NCBI GenBank assembly: GCA_051362555.1
Contig: CM120643.1
Location: 21,766,848-21,830,847 of the forward strand
Length of the DNA: 64,000 nucleotides
DNA from: Lingula anatina
Lineage: Eukaryota > Animalia > Brachiopoda
Direction: 5' to 3'
The notes under the pieces were generated by a model, which saw nothing but the letters and a program-made list of their open reading frames with translations, was not told where the DNA came from and did no database searches. The stretch's first letter is position 1, and every line of letters begins with the position of its first letter. Shown piece after piece: positions 26,801 to 37,340 of this stretch. Both the position numbers and the translations under genes were made by a program.

Positions 26801-28621
26801 GATATGAACTTAACTTTATCAAGAATTTTTTCAATGACAGTATATGTTCACTATTGGATACACATATCTGACAGGCAGTACTAACAAGCACATATTGCCA
26901 GTGCAGGGATATTTCACCAAGACTATGACTGTTAACACCCAGGACATTTGATTGAAGAAAGGGAGATGTAACATTATCTTCTTGTTTTTGGTAAATGTCA
27001 TCAAAGTTCACAAGCTTCCATTAGTGGCATTTTTTGAATGACCCTTGGTCACCTACAGATTACACTTGATGACAGTTCTCAGCCATTGTTAAAGTAAACA
27101 GGTGTTCCTCATACTTTTTAATGTACATGTATATACAAGCCTAACACTTCATAATAAACTTTCGTAGAAGTCAGACGCATTGTTGTTGTCTCTCTCCTGA
27201 ATAGAGTCCAGCACGTTGGACTCAGTAAAGAGCCATCATATTACAATACTTGATATAAAAAATAACATCAGCTCAATTCACGTCTATTTATGAAAGTCTT
27301 TTACAGAATATTAATTTGCACGCAATCAATGTAAACTTAATTAGAAAAAATACAGAAAACTGCAGGCAAATTTGTATAAAGTCATACGGCACCTTTATTT
27401 TTCACAATCACCAATATCAGTAAGGTTTACCTAATAGTTGTTGACAAGGTCTTTAACAAGGAAAAACAAACAAACAAACAAAAAAAGCATGAACTTTATC
27501 ACAACTCAAATTAGAAAAATAAATACAGTACAATACAAGAAGGAACTTCTCTTAAAAAAATTAATTTCCGAATGACTACCAAAAACAAATAAAAAACTCG
27601 ATCATTGACTATGGATTTCTCATACTCTTCTGTTGTGCGTGGGGTTTCACGTTTATAGATTTTACTGGAAACCAGATATCGGTGAAACACCGATGGTGGA
27701 TGTTGATGATCTAGTCGGCCGGCAGAAGTTAAGAAATGATAATAAACAGTAAGTAATTTATGTGTACTGATGCTTTCAATAATTTCTAAATAACAATAGG
27801 GTTTTAAAACTGGCCTGCAGCTGCCGGCGGGCAGGTTGAGTCCTTCTATCGTCTCATTCAAAAACAGCACAAATACATGATAACAATCTCTCCTGTCAAG
27901 TGGCACTTCCTTTGTTTAGAACGGTGGTCTAAAAACTCGCTTTGACGAATCATTGGGCGAATTTCAATTGGGCATACTTTCTTGCGTTCGGAAAATTTAA
28001 ATTGTGCCCAAGATGAGTTTAGCGATCGTTCGTACAGAACGGAGACAAAAAATTCAGATTCAGAGAAAAAACGTTTCGTTCGTAATTATTGCGGCGTTCG
28101 TATAGATTGGAGAATTACCGTATATGTCATAAAATTATCAAATAATTTATCAGAAATTTTCAAAAAGGCACTGAAGGAGAAATGTGTAAGTTTTTCATGT
28201 CATATCACTGACAGTCACATCTGATATTCAAAAGTTTTGGTACAAACAAGTTTAAAAAACAAATAATTTCAAATAAAGATCTCTTGTAACAGGACATTGA
28301 TACTAGTATCTGACTTTCAAAATTGGTTACGAGATTACCCCTTCTGCCAAATTATCCAAGAGATCCATGAGAATCTTCAATGTAAGGTAACAAAGAAACG
28401 GAGTCACACTATTGTATATATACCTGCAGCCTGTAGTAAAAGATACTGTATGGAAGACACTGTATTCTCTGCATACTCCTCCAACTCTGCTATGCTCTTG
28501 AATCCCTGATCTGATAACTGTGCATCCTGAAATAGTTACAGTATTTACTAAAGCATTTTTTTCCAGCATTTTCTCAGCTATCTATTCATTTATTTATGCT
28601 TTTTGAGGAACTGGCAAACTC

Positions 28622-28655
<34 letters not shown>

Positions 28656-31600
28656 TAACTCAACTAAAAGAATATCCAAATCAACTTTTCATGTATTACT
28701 AAGTTAAGAATTTTTTGGGGAATTCTACTGAAATCCAAAACAACCCAACCATGTTTACGCCCTGAAAGCAGAGAAATAATCACCTTAAAGAGAAAACAAG
28801 CAGAAGCATTAATGTTTAACAGCAGGGTATGCCTTATGGTGTATAGCCTTTGAATTTAATGTTTCAATATTTTCACTTTCTAATTGACCTTGATATATAA
28901 ATAATATTAATATAGCATAATTCAAGCTTATTTTCCTTCTTACCCTCTTCTCTATAATTCTTTTGAACCAGGCCTTTGAGAACTTCTTAGTTTCTAATTC
29001 CTAAAAAACCATAAAAAGTATTATTGAAAGATAAGATTTAATTATATTTAGAATCTTCGTTTGATGAGTATTTTAATATTTATTTAAAAATAACAAAATT
29101 TGGATTAATAAAAAGTTAACTTAAATGGCAAGGATTCCAACTAATATGTGTATGGGATGATTACTTAATACTAATTGTTATCTTTTCTAATACCAGAAAT
29201 CTAATCTAAATAAAGCTAACACAGTGAAATGTAAAATGTCATGTGAAGTAAGGACAACTTAATTCTATTTTTTTCTTTATCAAACCACATGACCACCATC
29301 ATGACTAATATATATGATAATATGTTATTTATTTATTTAATATTTATGTATTAGACTTACCCTGGCAAGCTGTAGGCATATTGGACTTTCAGGAGGGTTA
29401 CCCTATCAAAAAAAAAAAAAAAAAGACTTAGTTTAGACTTTGTTAGGGCATGCAAAAATATTATGACAATATTTCCAACATCAATTTAAACTATGCCACG
29501 GGTATTACATGTGCTTCTGCAAACCAACATCACATCTCAATATCCAGAGGCATATGTGATGTTCTTTATTATGAACTATTTTCACTATAAAAACCAAGTG
29601 ACACTTGGAGACAAGTTTAATTATTAAATTATCATTATTGAACAATCAGCACTTAAAATTTTATTAAAATGTGTCGTCCTATACCTGGAAAACTCTTTCT
29701 ATTGAATCTTTCCAAAACTGCATCCTCATCTGCCCTACTTTCTTGTCAGTTACTACATCTCTAACCTATAAAATGCAAATAAAAAGAAAATAGCAAAGAA
29801 CAACCAGGGGGTATAGACAGCATTTTGAAACAATCTCTCTTTAATTATGGTATGACCATTTGACATTCTTTTTCTACATTTGATTAGATTATTTAAACCT
29901 CTTCTTTATCTAACTTTGTAATATAAATATATTTTCAAGCATTTAACTGCAAATGATGTCTGAGCCACATATAAGTACACCAGTATAAGACTGACAATTA
30001 ACTTTTAATAAAACATTGTTAAGTCCAACAAAAGGATAAAACAGAATAAGAAACTGCAATCTGGATAAATTTAATATATTCAATTCCAACCAGGAGATTA
30101 TTTGTCAGCATATTATGAGCATTGTCTCTTAGAACGAATCAAAATCAATGGCTGTTATTTATATAAACAAGTGTTGCACTCAACTTTCCTCAAAAGAAAC
30201 AAGGTTTTCCTAATTGGTAAGGCCTAGGCCCTCTGAGAAAAAAGAGGATCTGAATGTTTTCTATCTTACGTGTGTATTACAGAAACTATGTTTCGCCAAC
30301 CTGTGCTATCTCCACATTGAATGCTCTGATGACAAATGCAGCTGACCTGTAAGACTCTGGCAGTAAAAGGGTACACAGGAAGTTTTCATAGTCATGTTTT
30401 CTGAAAGTGCAAATATAAATTCATAATACCAAAATTCTTCATTACAATTTATCAAACTATAGTATACTACCCAGTAGTAAGGGATTACTTTATAAGTGTA
30501 GTGCCAGACGCAGGGTAGAACCGTCCTGATAGCTCAGGCAGTAGAGCACTCGCCCTGCTTGCAAGAGGTCCCGGTGTGGCGTGTACCGCTCGGAGCGTGA
30601 ACCATCCATTCTGCTCATGCACACAAAGCGCATGCAAATCTTTGAGACATCCGGAGTGTACAGTCGGTCACTATAGAGTCATCAATACATTCTTAGCCTT
30701 TAATAAACATGCGCTGTTGAGAACATACTGCAAATTCAAACATAATCTTTAGAAGTATTCATATCTTATAGATGTTCACCTCTACTGCAATTTCCCTCAG
30801 GTGGCCATATCAACACACTAGCCTAGTAAAATAAATACTAAAATAGTAGCCAGCAGCTGAATAAGGACGGTCCGTCCACGGTAGGTTCATCCATGCATCG
30901 AACTGTACTGACGCTGATTCTCTATCAAAATTATCAATTAACACATAAATTTTATCCCCATCATAGTAAATGTATAATGAGGTAGGAAATGAACTAGCCG
31001 AAGATAACAGTGCAGCAGGTGAATAACAACGGATCATTCATGGAACGGCTCATACACGCGTCTGCTGCATGTACAATCGGTCAGGACGGATGGTTCACGC
31101 AGAACGGACCGTACACATGACACCGGGTTCAATCCCTGGTCTGGCTGGTGATTTTTTTCTACACTCTCCCAAAAAGGCGCTACATAATCATTGGTAATGC
31201 ATATGGTATTAGCAACCACAATTGCTGCAATCAATAGATAAGATACTTTTTTATCTGAACACAACGACATTACTGCACTACAATAAAAGTGCAAAGTAAG
31301 TATAAAAATAATAATATCACCCTCATGATTATCTTAAACAAATCTACCGATTACACAAGCAACAAATACATGTACTTCGAACAACCTAATCCATTTAACA
31401 GGCTTAATGTAAACACTTCCTGTCATAATTTTTTTTTTTAACTGGAATCTTCATGTGTCCATCAAAAGTTTGCACCCACAACAAAAATGTTTCGTAACAA
31501 TTTTTTTACAAATACAACATACCTAACCAGATCAACGCAGTAACTTTCATCGCTATTTGAAGAATACGTTCCACTCGATCTCTTCGAGTAACTGCTCCCA

Positions 31601-31683
31601 GGTAGTGAAAAGCGTTTTTTCACACAATTACTTAAAATCACTGCAGTTGTCCGATCGGCGAAACTTTTCAAGGGCGCCGCCAT
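20879..31683 (-). CDS. NDUFAF6: NADH dehydrogenase (ubiquinone) complex I assembly factor 6 (squalene/phytoene synthase-like fold), 321 aa
   Basis: Ten in-phase exons totalling 966 nt: 31683-31523, 30400-30301, 29765-29685, 29402-29361, 29000-28944, 28526-28424, 22172-22039, 21816-21715, 21413-21357, 21007-20879. Motifs: [72 protein letters not shown]. The N-terminus is basic and Ser-rich, like a mitochondrial presequence. Confidence 0.96.
22805..23083 (+). repeat. 5' LTR
   Basis: tgtaac...attaca; appears identical to 26967-27245. Confidence 0.97.
23182..26748 (+). CDS. Truncated Gag (two zinc knuckles) fused to Pol: protease, reverse transcriptase, RNase H, integrase
   Basis: CNNCGYEH..C and [14 protein letters not shown] knuckles, protease DTGS, RT LDARSGY/LPFG/LVDD, RNase H QTDAS..ETDHKPL, integrase HHCC, VDYYS and SDNG..SNGLAE. 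The first in-frame ATG is at 23212. Confidence 0.95.
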   Translation: MQIAQSYEYSMEQLKTMGKEVSSIKKQPPRTGNWRHVNRQKKQQKQDRHECNNCGYEHAKTDRCPAKGKQCNNCKKFNHFAKKCRKSIAKKHVNELQALPDQPDSDSDSDSQFIVDSIDMSEGLDQAFCHVEIGPAKISVKFKIDTGSQVNILPKHVFDSIGHVDDLKPPSQKLTAYNGHSLKNLGSANFTCQYKKKSIELLFHVVDTESSPILGLKACMDLCLIKLVYACDVDADVKRELVGKRDSSKPSQSLNKSEFGKDQILHEYKDVFEGIGLFPGECVIHTDPDVIPVVHPPRKVPHALHEKLKNELERMEKLDVICKVTEPTEWVNSLVIVEKPESSSGKVRVCLDPKDLNRAILRPHYPPRTLEEVLPQLAGAQYFSKLDARSGYWTIKLSTESSYLTTFNTPFGRYRYLRLPFGLRSSQDEFQRRVDENFEGLDGIIALVDDIIVFGKNREQHDRNLRNVLQRSRECGIKLNREKMEIGVTKVKYFGHIITSKGLEPDPEKVKAIREMKAPTNKKELETFLGMVTYLAKFAPNLSEITTPLRKLLAKDMIFHWIDEHEKALNEVKEVITAAPSPTLTYFDPSQVTTLQTDASKYGLGAALLQDGKPIAYASKALNTSEINYAQIEKEMFGIVFGCKRFHQYVYGRKVVVETDHKPLIPIFKKPLNTAPPRLQRMLLQLQRYDLEVIYKPGTQIPLADTLSRNFVKDTYPELAKGMDAHVHAVLSKIPISDRKLDEIRQETEQTEQFQTLRKTVLNGWPVKRSDCPSEIIEFWNHRDELSYIDGLLLKGQKVIVPQKLRVKMLHSIHTGHKGIEKCQKRARSAIFWPGMSGDINDFVSKCPICLMQRNNNPKQPLQPHPIPDYPWQTVATDLFTWDGKDFIVVVDYYSRYFEVAQLTSTQSYQVISKLKVIFARFGIPETVISDNGPQYASQEFTDFSKQYDFKHVTSSPNYPQSNGLAEKYVQIVKRLFEKSKSDKSDPNLALLEYRVSPLDIGYSPAQLLQGRQLRSVLPATSQQLCPQFIDPGKVKHKIDSSRQKQKKFYDHGSRPLPPITVGESVRFQRNDKLWKPANVIDKVNENSFVLQAPNGGIYRRNRRHILKTKEPNVPHDTDPKVPICTENLVNKSSDLKILADHPEPAVNAPVKSPVKVKSTPQKDECHTPQPYVTRAGRVCKQKIIESM
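26967..27245 (+). repeat. 3' LTR
   Basis: Preceded by the PPT and followed by TSD ATACT. Confidence 0.97.
30497..31184 (+). mobile_element. tRNA-derived (SINE-like) sequence split by an insertion
   Basis: 5' half gtcctgatagctcaggcagtagagcac...gaggtcccgg (30523-30574, A-box-like) and 3' half gttcaatccctggtctggc (from 31127, B-box-like). Outer ends tgtagtgcc / ggcgctaca. Confidence 0.6.
30575..31122. mobile_element. Non-autonomous Ginger1-like element
   Basis: TGT...ACA termini, imperfect TIRs of about 35 bp sharing gtgtac and gcgtgaaccatcc, and a CCGG duplication at 30571-30574 and 31123-31126. Confidence 0.7.
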
Positions 31684-31756
31684 GTTAGCATAAATTTCAG
31701 TCTCATTTCATAAAAGATCGAGACGACCTTGATCATGTGATCAGAAACGGCACAAA
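31684..31756. promoter_or_regulatory. Very compact bidirectional promoter region between NDUFAF6 and NAGPA
   Basis: 73 bp between divergent ATGs. TCATGTGA (M-box/CLEAR-like E-box) at 31733-31740 lies within TGATCATGTGATCA; a YY1-like CCGCCATGTT overlaps the NDUFAF6 start. Confidence 0.7.
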
Positions 31757-34700
31757 ATGGAAGCCGATGTACACGTTCACACTTCCTTGCTTTGCTACTT
31801 AATTTTATTGTTAAGTGCGGTTTTAGCAAATATAGACAGGTGAGTTTTTATTTACACAAGTATTTCATGAGTTGTTTTTGGTCAGTGTAACAGAAATCTT
31901 AGGGCTGGGAGAAAAAAGTCTGTGTTGATATCACTGCACCCACTGTCTTGGTTCAGTGGTTGGCTGTGAGTTACAGTAATAAATAGTACTACACGTAGTA
32001 GGGGGACCGGCACTGGTAAAATATTGTGTACTGTCGAGTTCATTGGTTATATCCTGTGGAAATGAATGCTGATTAGCAGAAAGGTGTGTGCATTGCTTTC
32101 ATTTAATGAGCCTTGGGACCAATTAAGCATTACCTAGCTCTGACTCTGATTGGCTGCAGTGCCTGCATTTGCTGCAGCACCTTTAATTTAATTTCCAAAC
32201 CCCTACCTGGTATTGAGTTTAGGGCCCAATCATCATGGATATGCCTGTGAATGTGTATTGGGCCCCAGGTTGATTGAAAGGGTGGAATATGGAAAACCCC
32301 ATCAAATCTTATACCTCAACTTTTATTTAATATTGACAAAGAAATCTATAATAAAAAGACATGCAATATGTATTTCCCAGTAACACTCAGCTGTCTTTTT
32401 TTCCATTCCAGTGATACAGATACTGATCTGCTGGACTTGTTGGTACCATACCAAAACCTGCATGGCCCAAGACATTCCCATCGATACGTCAGAGACTGTC
32501 AGCCTTACAAATACAAAAATGTGACACATGAAACATTTAAACCTACTTCTGCCATAAACTCATCCAAACCACTGATATCAGTCAGACAATTCGTAAAAAG
32601 TGATGACAAACATAGGTATGACTTTGACCGTGACCACTACATCTATGGTCATTATGCTGTGATACAAGACCCCCTTAGGACGTTTTCTGTAGTCGAGCCA
32701 GGGGGGCCAGGGGGGTGCATGGATGACCACTGGGTGAGGGTGACCACTAAGGACTCTGCCAGGACAAAAAATTGTGTGGTAGCTGCTAATGCTGGGTTTT
32801 TCAATACTACAAATGGGGCGTGTTTAGGTGAGTTGTAATTTCTATTCAAGAATGTTGCTTATTAAGAAAAGCTTAAAAGAGGCACATGTAAGATTTACCT
32901 TTATTTTATTTGTATGATGATAATTTGTTCACTCTTACATATAGGGTATTAGTGATTGGCAATGCTTCAGTTCAATAGAACACTTGATAAAGAATAATTA
33001 AAAGCTACAGCTAGTAACTATAATTTGTCTTTAAATATCAAAACCTAAGCCTAGATTTTTTGCTTTGAAGATTTATATCTTGTATACTTATTATTCACCT
33101 AGTTGCTGTGTGGTGTTCAATTGTATAATACAGAGTTAACATAGTTCAAATAAGCTATGACATTTCAAATCATTCCTTTTTCTGACCATTATGTGTCCTA
33201 TTGTTTCAGGTAATATCATCAGTGATGGAAGACTTGTACAGAACTCTGGAGGAGTGCAGAATGCACATTTTGGTATTAAGAAGGATGGCAGCTTGTTCAT
33301 TGGGTAAGTGATGCCTTTAATGATATTTTTAACTCAAACAATGGTATCACGTAGCATATATATTTATAAAATACTTAATAGCCTCTGGTCTTCAGTAGGA
33401 GAATATTTCAAAAGCTACAATTGTCCCTTATTATAAATTGTTTATTTTTTGTTTTTTCAATTTGGTGCCAGATAACTTAACTGCCATTGTTTCAAGATGT
33501 GCTAAATGTTTTAACAAAGAGAAAATGAGCAGCAATCAGGATGATTCAAAAGATAGACCCATTTGGCTAGAAAATGTCCCTTCTGAATTAAAATTTGGTT
33601 TTAGACTAGGTTCTATGCCATTTCTCAAGTTAGGTCTACTGAGGCAAGTAAAAATGTCCACCTTTTCAGAAAAAGACCCTATCCTTTGAAATCTCTGTCT
33701 ACAGACCTGTGTGAACTTAAAGTAAGATACTAGTATATATCACCAGTATACACCTGAATTATATAGCAACTAAGGTTTTATAGTCGGGCACATCCATCAC
33801 GCAAAGTTTTTAAAAGTATGCTTTTAATTGTTAATATAATATTTTATTAAGGTACCTTCCAGAGTATGAGGTTCTGCATGGAGACTTTCAGCAGCTGGTT
33901 GGAGGGGTTTTATGGCTCCTTAGAGATGGCGAGTCATACTTGACAGAAAGCATAGCTGCTGAATGCCAGGACACAGAAGAAACTGGTAAAACCAGAGTTT
34001 GGATATTATTTTTGATTTATGAATAACTAAAAGGTGATGTTAATCTGCAGTGGAACTGTTCATATCCCACGTAACTTGGACTGAACTGAAATGATTTGTT
34101 ACAAAATTTGTTTTCCTTAGTATAATGTAAAACTGTTACAGTGTAAATTTTGGCAGCATGAATTTGCCTTCTGATGTTGCTTATGCATTTATACTTAACA
34201 GATATTTGTGCACAATACAATATGCTGGGTCATTTTTCAATCTGAAATTGTATTTAAAAAACACTTGTCCAGTAGGCTACAATTTGATGGACATTAAAAT
34301 GTGCAAGCCACATTTTTTTCATTAACTGTTGCATTTGTTTATTTTAAAAAAAGTAACCTCACCTATACTAAATGTACTAATTGGTACTGTGGATTCTTGT
34401 CTGTTACCAGTGCATGCAGAGTCTGTTTAACACATAAATCCTTTTTTATTGTCACTGGGACTTTCAGATTCAGTATGTAATAATACGAGTGCCTGGTTTA
34501 TCCTAGGTCATTTTATGCAAAGTCTAATGTATTTATTTAATTTTTAAAAAATTGCCAGGAACCCTGAAAACATTTGCAGAGGTCCAGTCTGCCAGAACAG
34601 CACTGGGACATGATAAGGACGGGAATGTTGTCATAGTACAGGCTGAAGGACAGACTCACCATAGAGGGTAAGATGAAAGAGCATATTTACATCACACATA

Positions 34701-34789
34701 CTATTAGGTCATTTAAGCTTGTATTCAATTTTTCACCAAATGCTTGAAGATTATTCACACTGTGTGTGTGTGTGTGTATGTGTGTGTGT

Positions 34790-34828
<39 letters not shown>

Positions 34829-37121
34829 CTCTGTGTGTGTACATGCCTCAGTGCAGTTGTTGGATATGTGTGTGTGCTGTGTGTATACAGTAAGTGCATG
34901 AGCAGGGGGGGATTGATATTATACATTAATAATTTGTAATAGACTTACTAGTCTTGCTACTCTCCACAAGGAAACTTGATCAAAGTTTTATTTTACCTTT
35001 TTTCAGCCAAAATATGTCTATCTTACTAGCTCACAATGCCTCATCATCATCCTCAACAATTTCCAGAATGGTTTATCATTTCTTTTATGATAAGAAAATT
35101 ATGCATTACATGTGAATCAAACACTTGTTTTTCAGCATGAGTCTATATGACTTCACAGAGTTTTTAAAAAGCCTAGGTCTAGTCAATGCAATCAATTTAG
35201 ACGGTGGTGGATCAGCTACTTTCGTAGTCAATGGATCTTTGAGCAGTTATCCCTCAGACAAATGGTGAGTTTATATACAGGAATGGAACATGTGGTATTT
35301 TGCGTTTTACATATAATCCTCCATTCTCTGAGATAATGTTTAAAACATTGCTTGGTTTTGTAATAAAAGTTTAAAACAGCAAATTGTCACTAGAGGAAGA
35401 TTATTTTTCACATAATTGTGGATTTTTTTACCATGTCCCTGATGCATTCTTGTCTTTAGCATTTTGCAGTATGTACTAATGGGTTTCTGTTCTGGCAGTT
35501 GTCCTTCTTTTTCAAATGTTTATGCAGTAGCAAATCACTTTTATTAGCCATTTTTTTTAGAAAGGATGTAGACTTCTTGTGAAAAGAAACATGTATATAA
35601 TGCTATCCAGAGCACAGCAAAATTCTTAAAGAGGCTATAGTAACACTGTACACAGAGTACAGTGACTGCAAATAGCATTTCAGCATTCTTGAAACATTTT
35701 ATTATGAAATTTACCTAGTATTTAACTGAATGTTATTGTTTTTACAGTCCAGACAACCCAACATTTGGCTGTGAAAGAAAAGTGTCAACCATTGTATGTG
35801 CCCACGAGCCTGAATGTCAACCATCCCATAATTGCAGTGGTCATGGAAACTGCGTGGGGGGTATTTGTATTTGTGACGAATATTGGATGGGACCATCATG
35901 TGACCTGCTGATGTGTGGGGTTCACAACTGTAGTGGACAGGGAGTGTGTACAGAATGTAAGTTGACAGTTGCATATTAGGTTTTTTTCTCATGATATGAT
36001 TAATAATATTTCTGGGCACACGTGGTTGAAAGGGGCATGCTAGCTGGTGATGAAAAATTAATGTTATATTGTTATAAAAATAGTTGATATTTTTAAAATG
36101 AAGCATTTGTCAAATTTCTTTAGTATATATTATGGTTAATATGTGTTTACCATATTAAGTATATGCTGCATAGGCCCTTTCAAATTAGGTTGAATTAATT
36201 AATTATTATTTTTTAATTATTATTGTTTTTTATTTTATTTATTTTATTTATTTATTTATTATTATTTATTTTTTTTTTGTAAATATCAATTCACAGGTAA
36301 AGGGGTGGAAAAGTAGATATATTTTGAGTGGTTATTACTAACTTACATTTTTGCCTTTTTTTCCAGCTGGTTGTGACTGCCATAAAGGTTGGCTTGGGGA
36401 GCAGTGTAATGAGCCATGCACAGAACATAGATATGGCTATCAATGCTCAGAACAGTGCAGGTGCCAGAACAATGCCACTTGCAGTCCTGTAGATGGCAGT
36501 TGTGTATGCAAGCCAGGCTACACTGGTCTTTTTTGCTCAGAAAGTATGTAATAAATGTTAGATTGAACAGCTTTCAAATTTTTTTCATTTCCATTAAATG
36601 GTATCTTTGTCAAAGATAAAAAATTTAAAACCTTGTAAACCAAAAGTCCCATTTAATGTTTAAGTATAGCATAATTATTGATTTAGTCAAAGAGGGGAAT
36701 ATGTCCACAAAAAAAAAGTTTCACCTATTGCGTGTTTTTTTTCTTATAGACAAAGTTTTTCCAGTCATTTTTATCAACATGATGATTTTAATGATGATAC
36801 TTTTTGATCTGTTTTAATTTTCAGTAGCGATTCTGTATACTAAAAAAAAATGCAAAATTATAATACAAAATGATTTATGAGGCATTTGCAGGTACTGTTT
36901 GGATTATTGTCACAGTGTTTTTGTAACCTATGGTAAGATTTTGTTACACATGGAACTTTTAATTGTTCCAGAATGCCCCTATGGGTTTTATGGAGAGTCA
37001 TGTAAGAGCTTGTGTTACTGTGAGGACAGTTGCTCCTGTAACCACATAACTGGGGAGTGCAATATTACAGCTGATGTGGATGCTGACTTATTACAAGGTA
37101 AGATAAGATACCTTTTCTCTT

Positions 37122-37170
<49 letters not shown>

Positions 37171-37215
37171 TGTGCCCGTCACTATGTTCATGTGTGTTGG
37201 GTATGTGTATTTTTG

Positions 37216-37277
<62 letters not shown>

Positions 37278-37295
37278 TCTGTCTGTTTGTGTGTG

Positions 37296-37340
<45 letters not shown>

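Larger units (their letters stand above)
22805..27245 (+). mobile_element. Ty3/Gypsy LTR retrotransposon (Mag-like), internally deleted in gag
   Basis: 279-bp TG..CA LTRs at 22805-23083 and 26967-27245, 5-bp TSD ATACT, PBS tggtgtcagaagt at 23084, PPT gaagaaagggaga at 26954-26966, and a PR-RT-RH-IN ORF. Confidence 0.97.
22211..28120. mobile_element. Tc1/mariner/pogo-type non-autonomous DNA element (about 1.5 kb of its own sequence) hosting the LTR retrotransposon
   Basis: Perfect 26-bp TIR cggtaattctccaatctatacgaacg (22211-22236; reverse complement 28095-28120) with TA on both sides. No transposase ORF. Confidence 0.85.

Noticed and set aside
30523-30574. Functional or split/intron-containing tRNA gene
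   Set aside because: The acceptor stem does not pair well, and the 548-bp interruption has TIRs and a TSD at a non-canonical intron position, so it is a transposon insertion in a tRNA-derived repeat.
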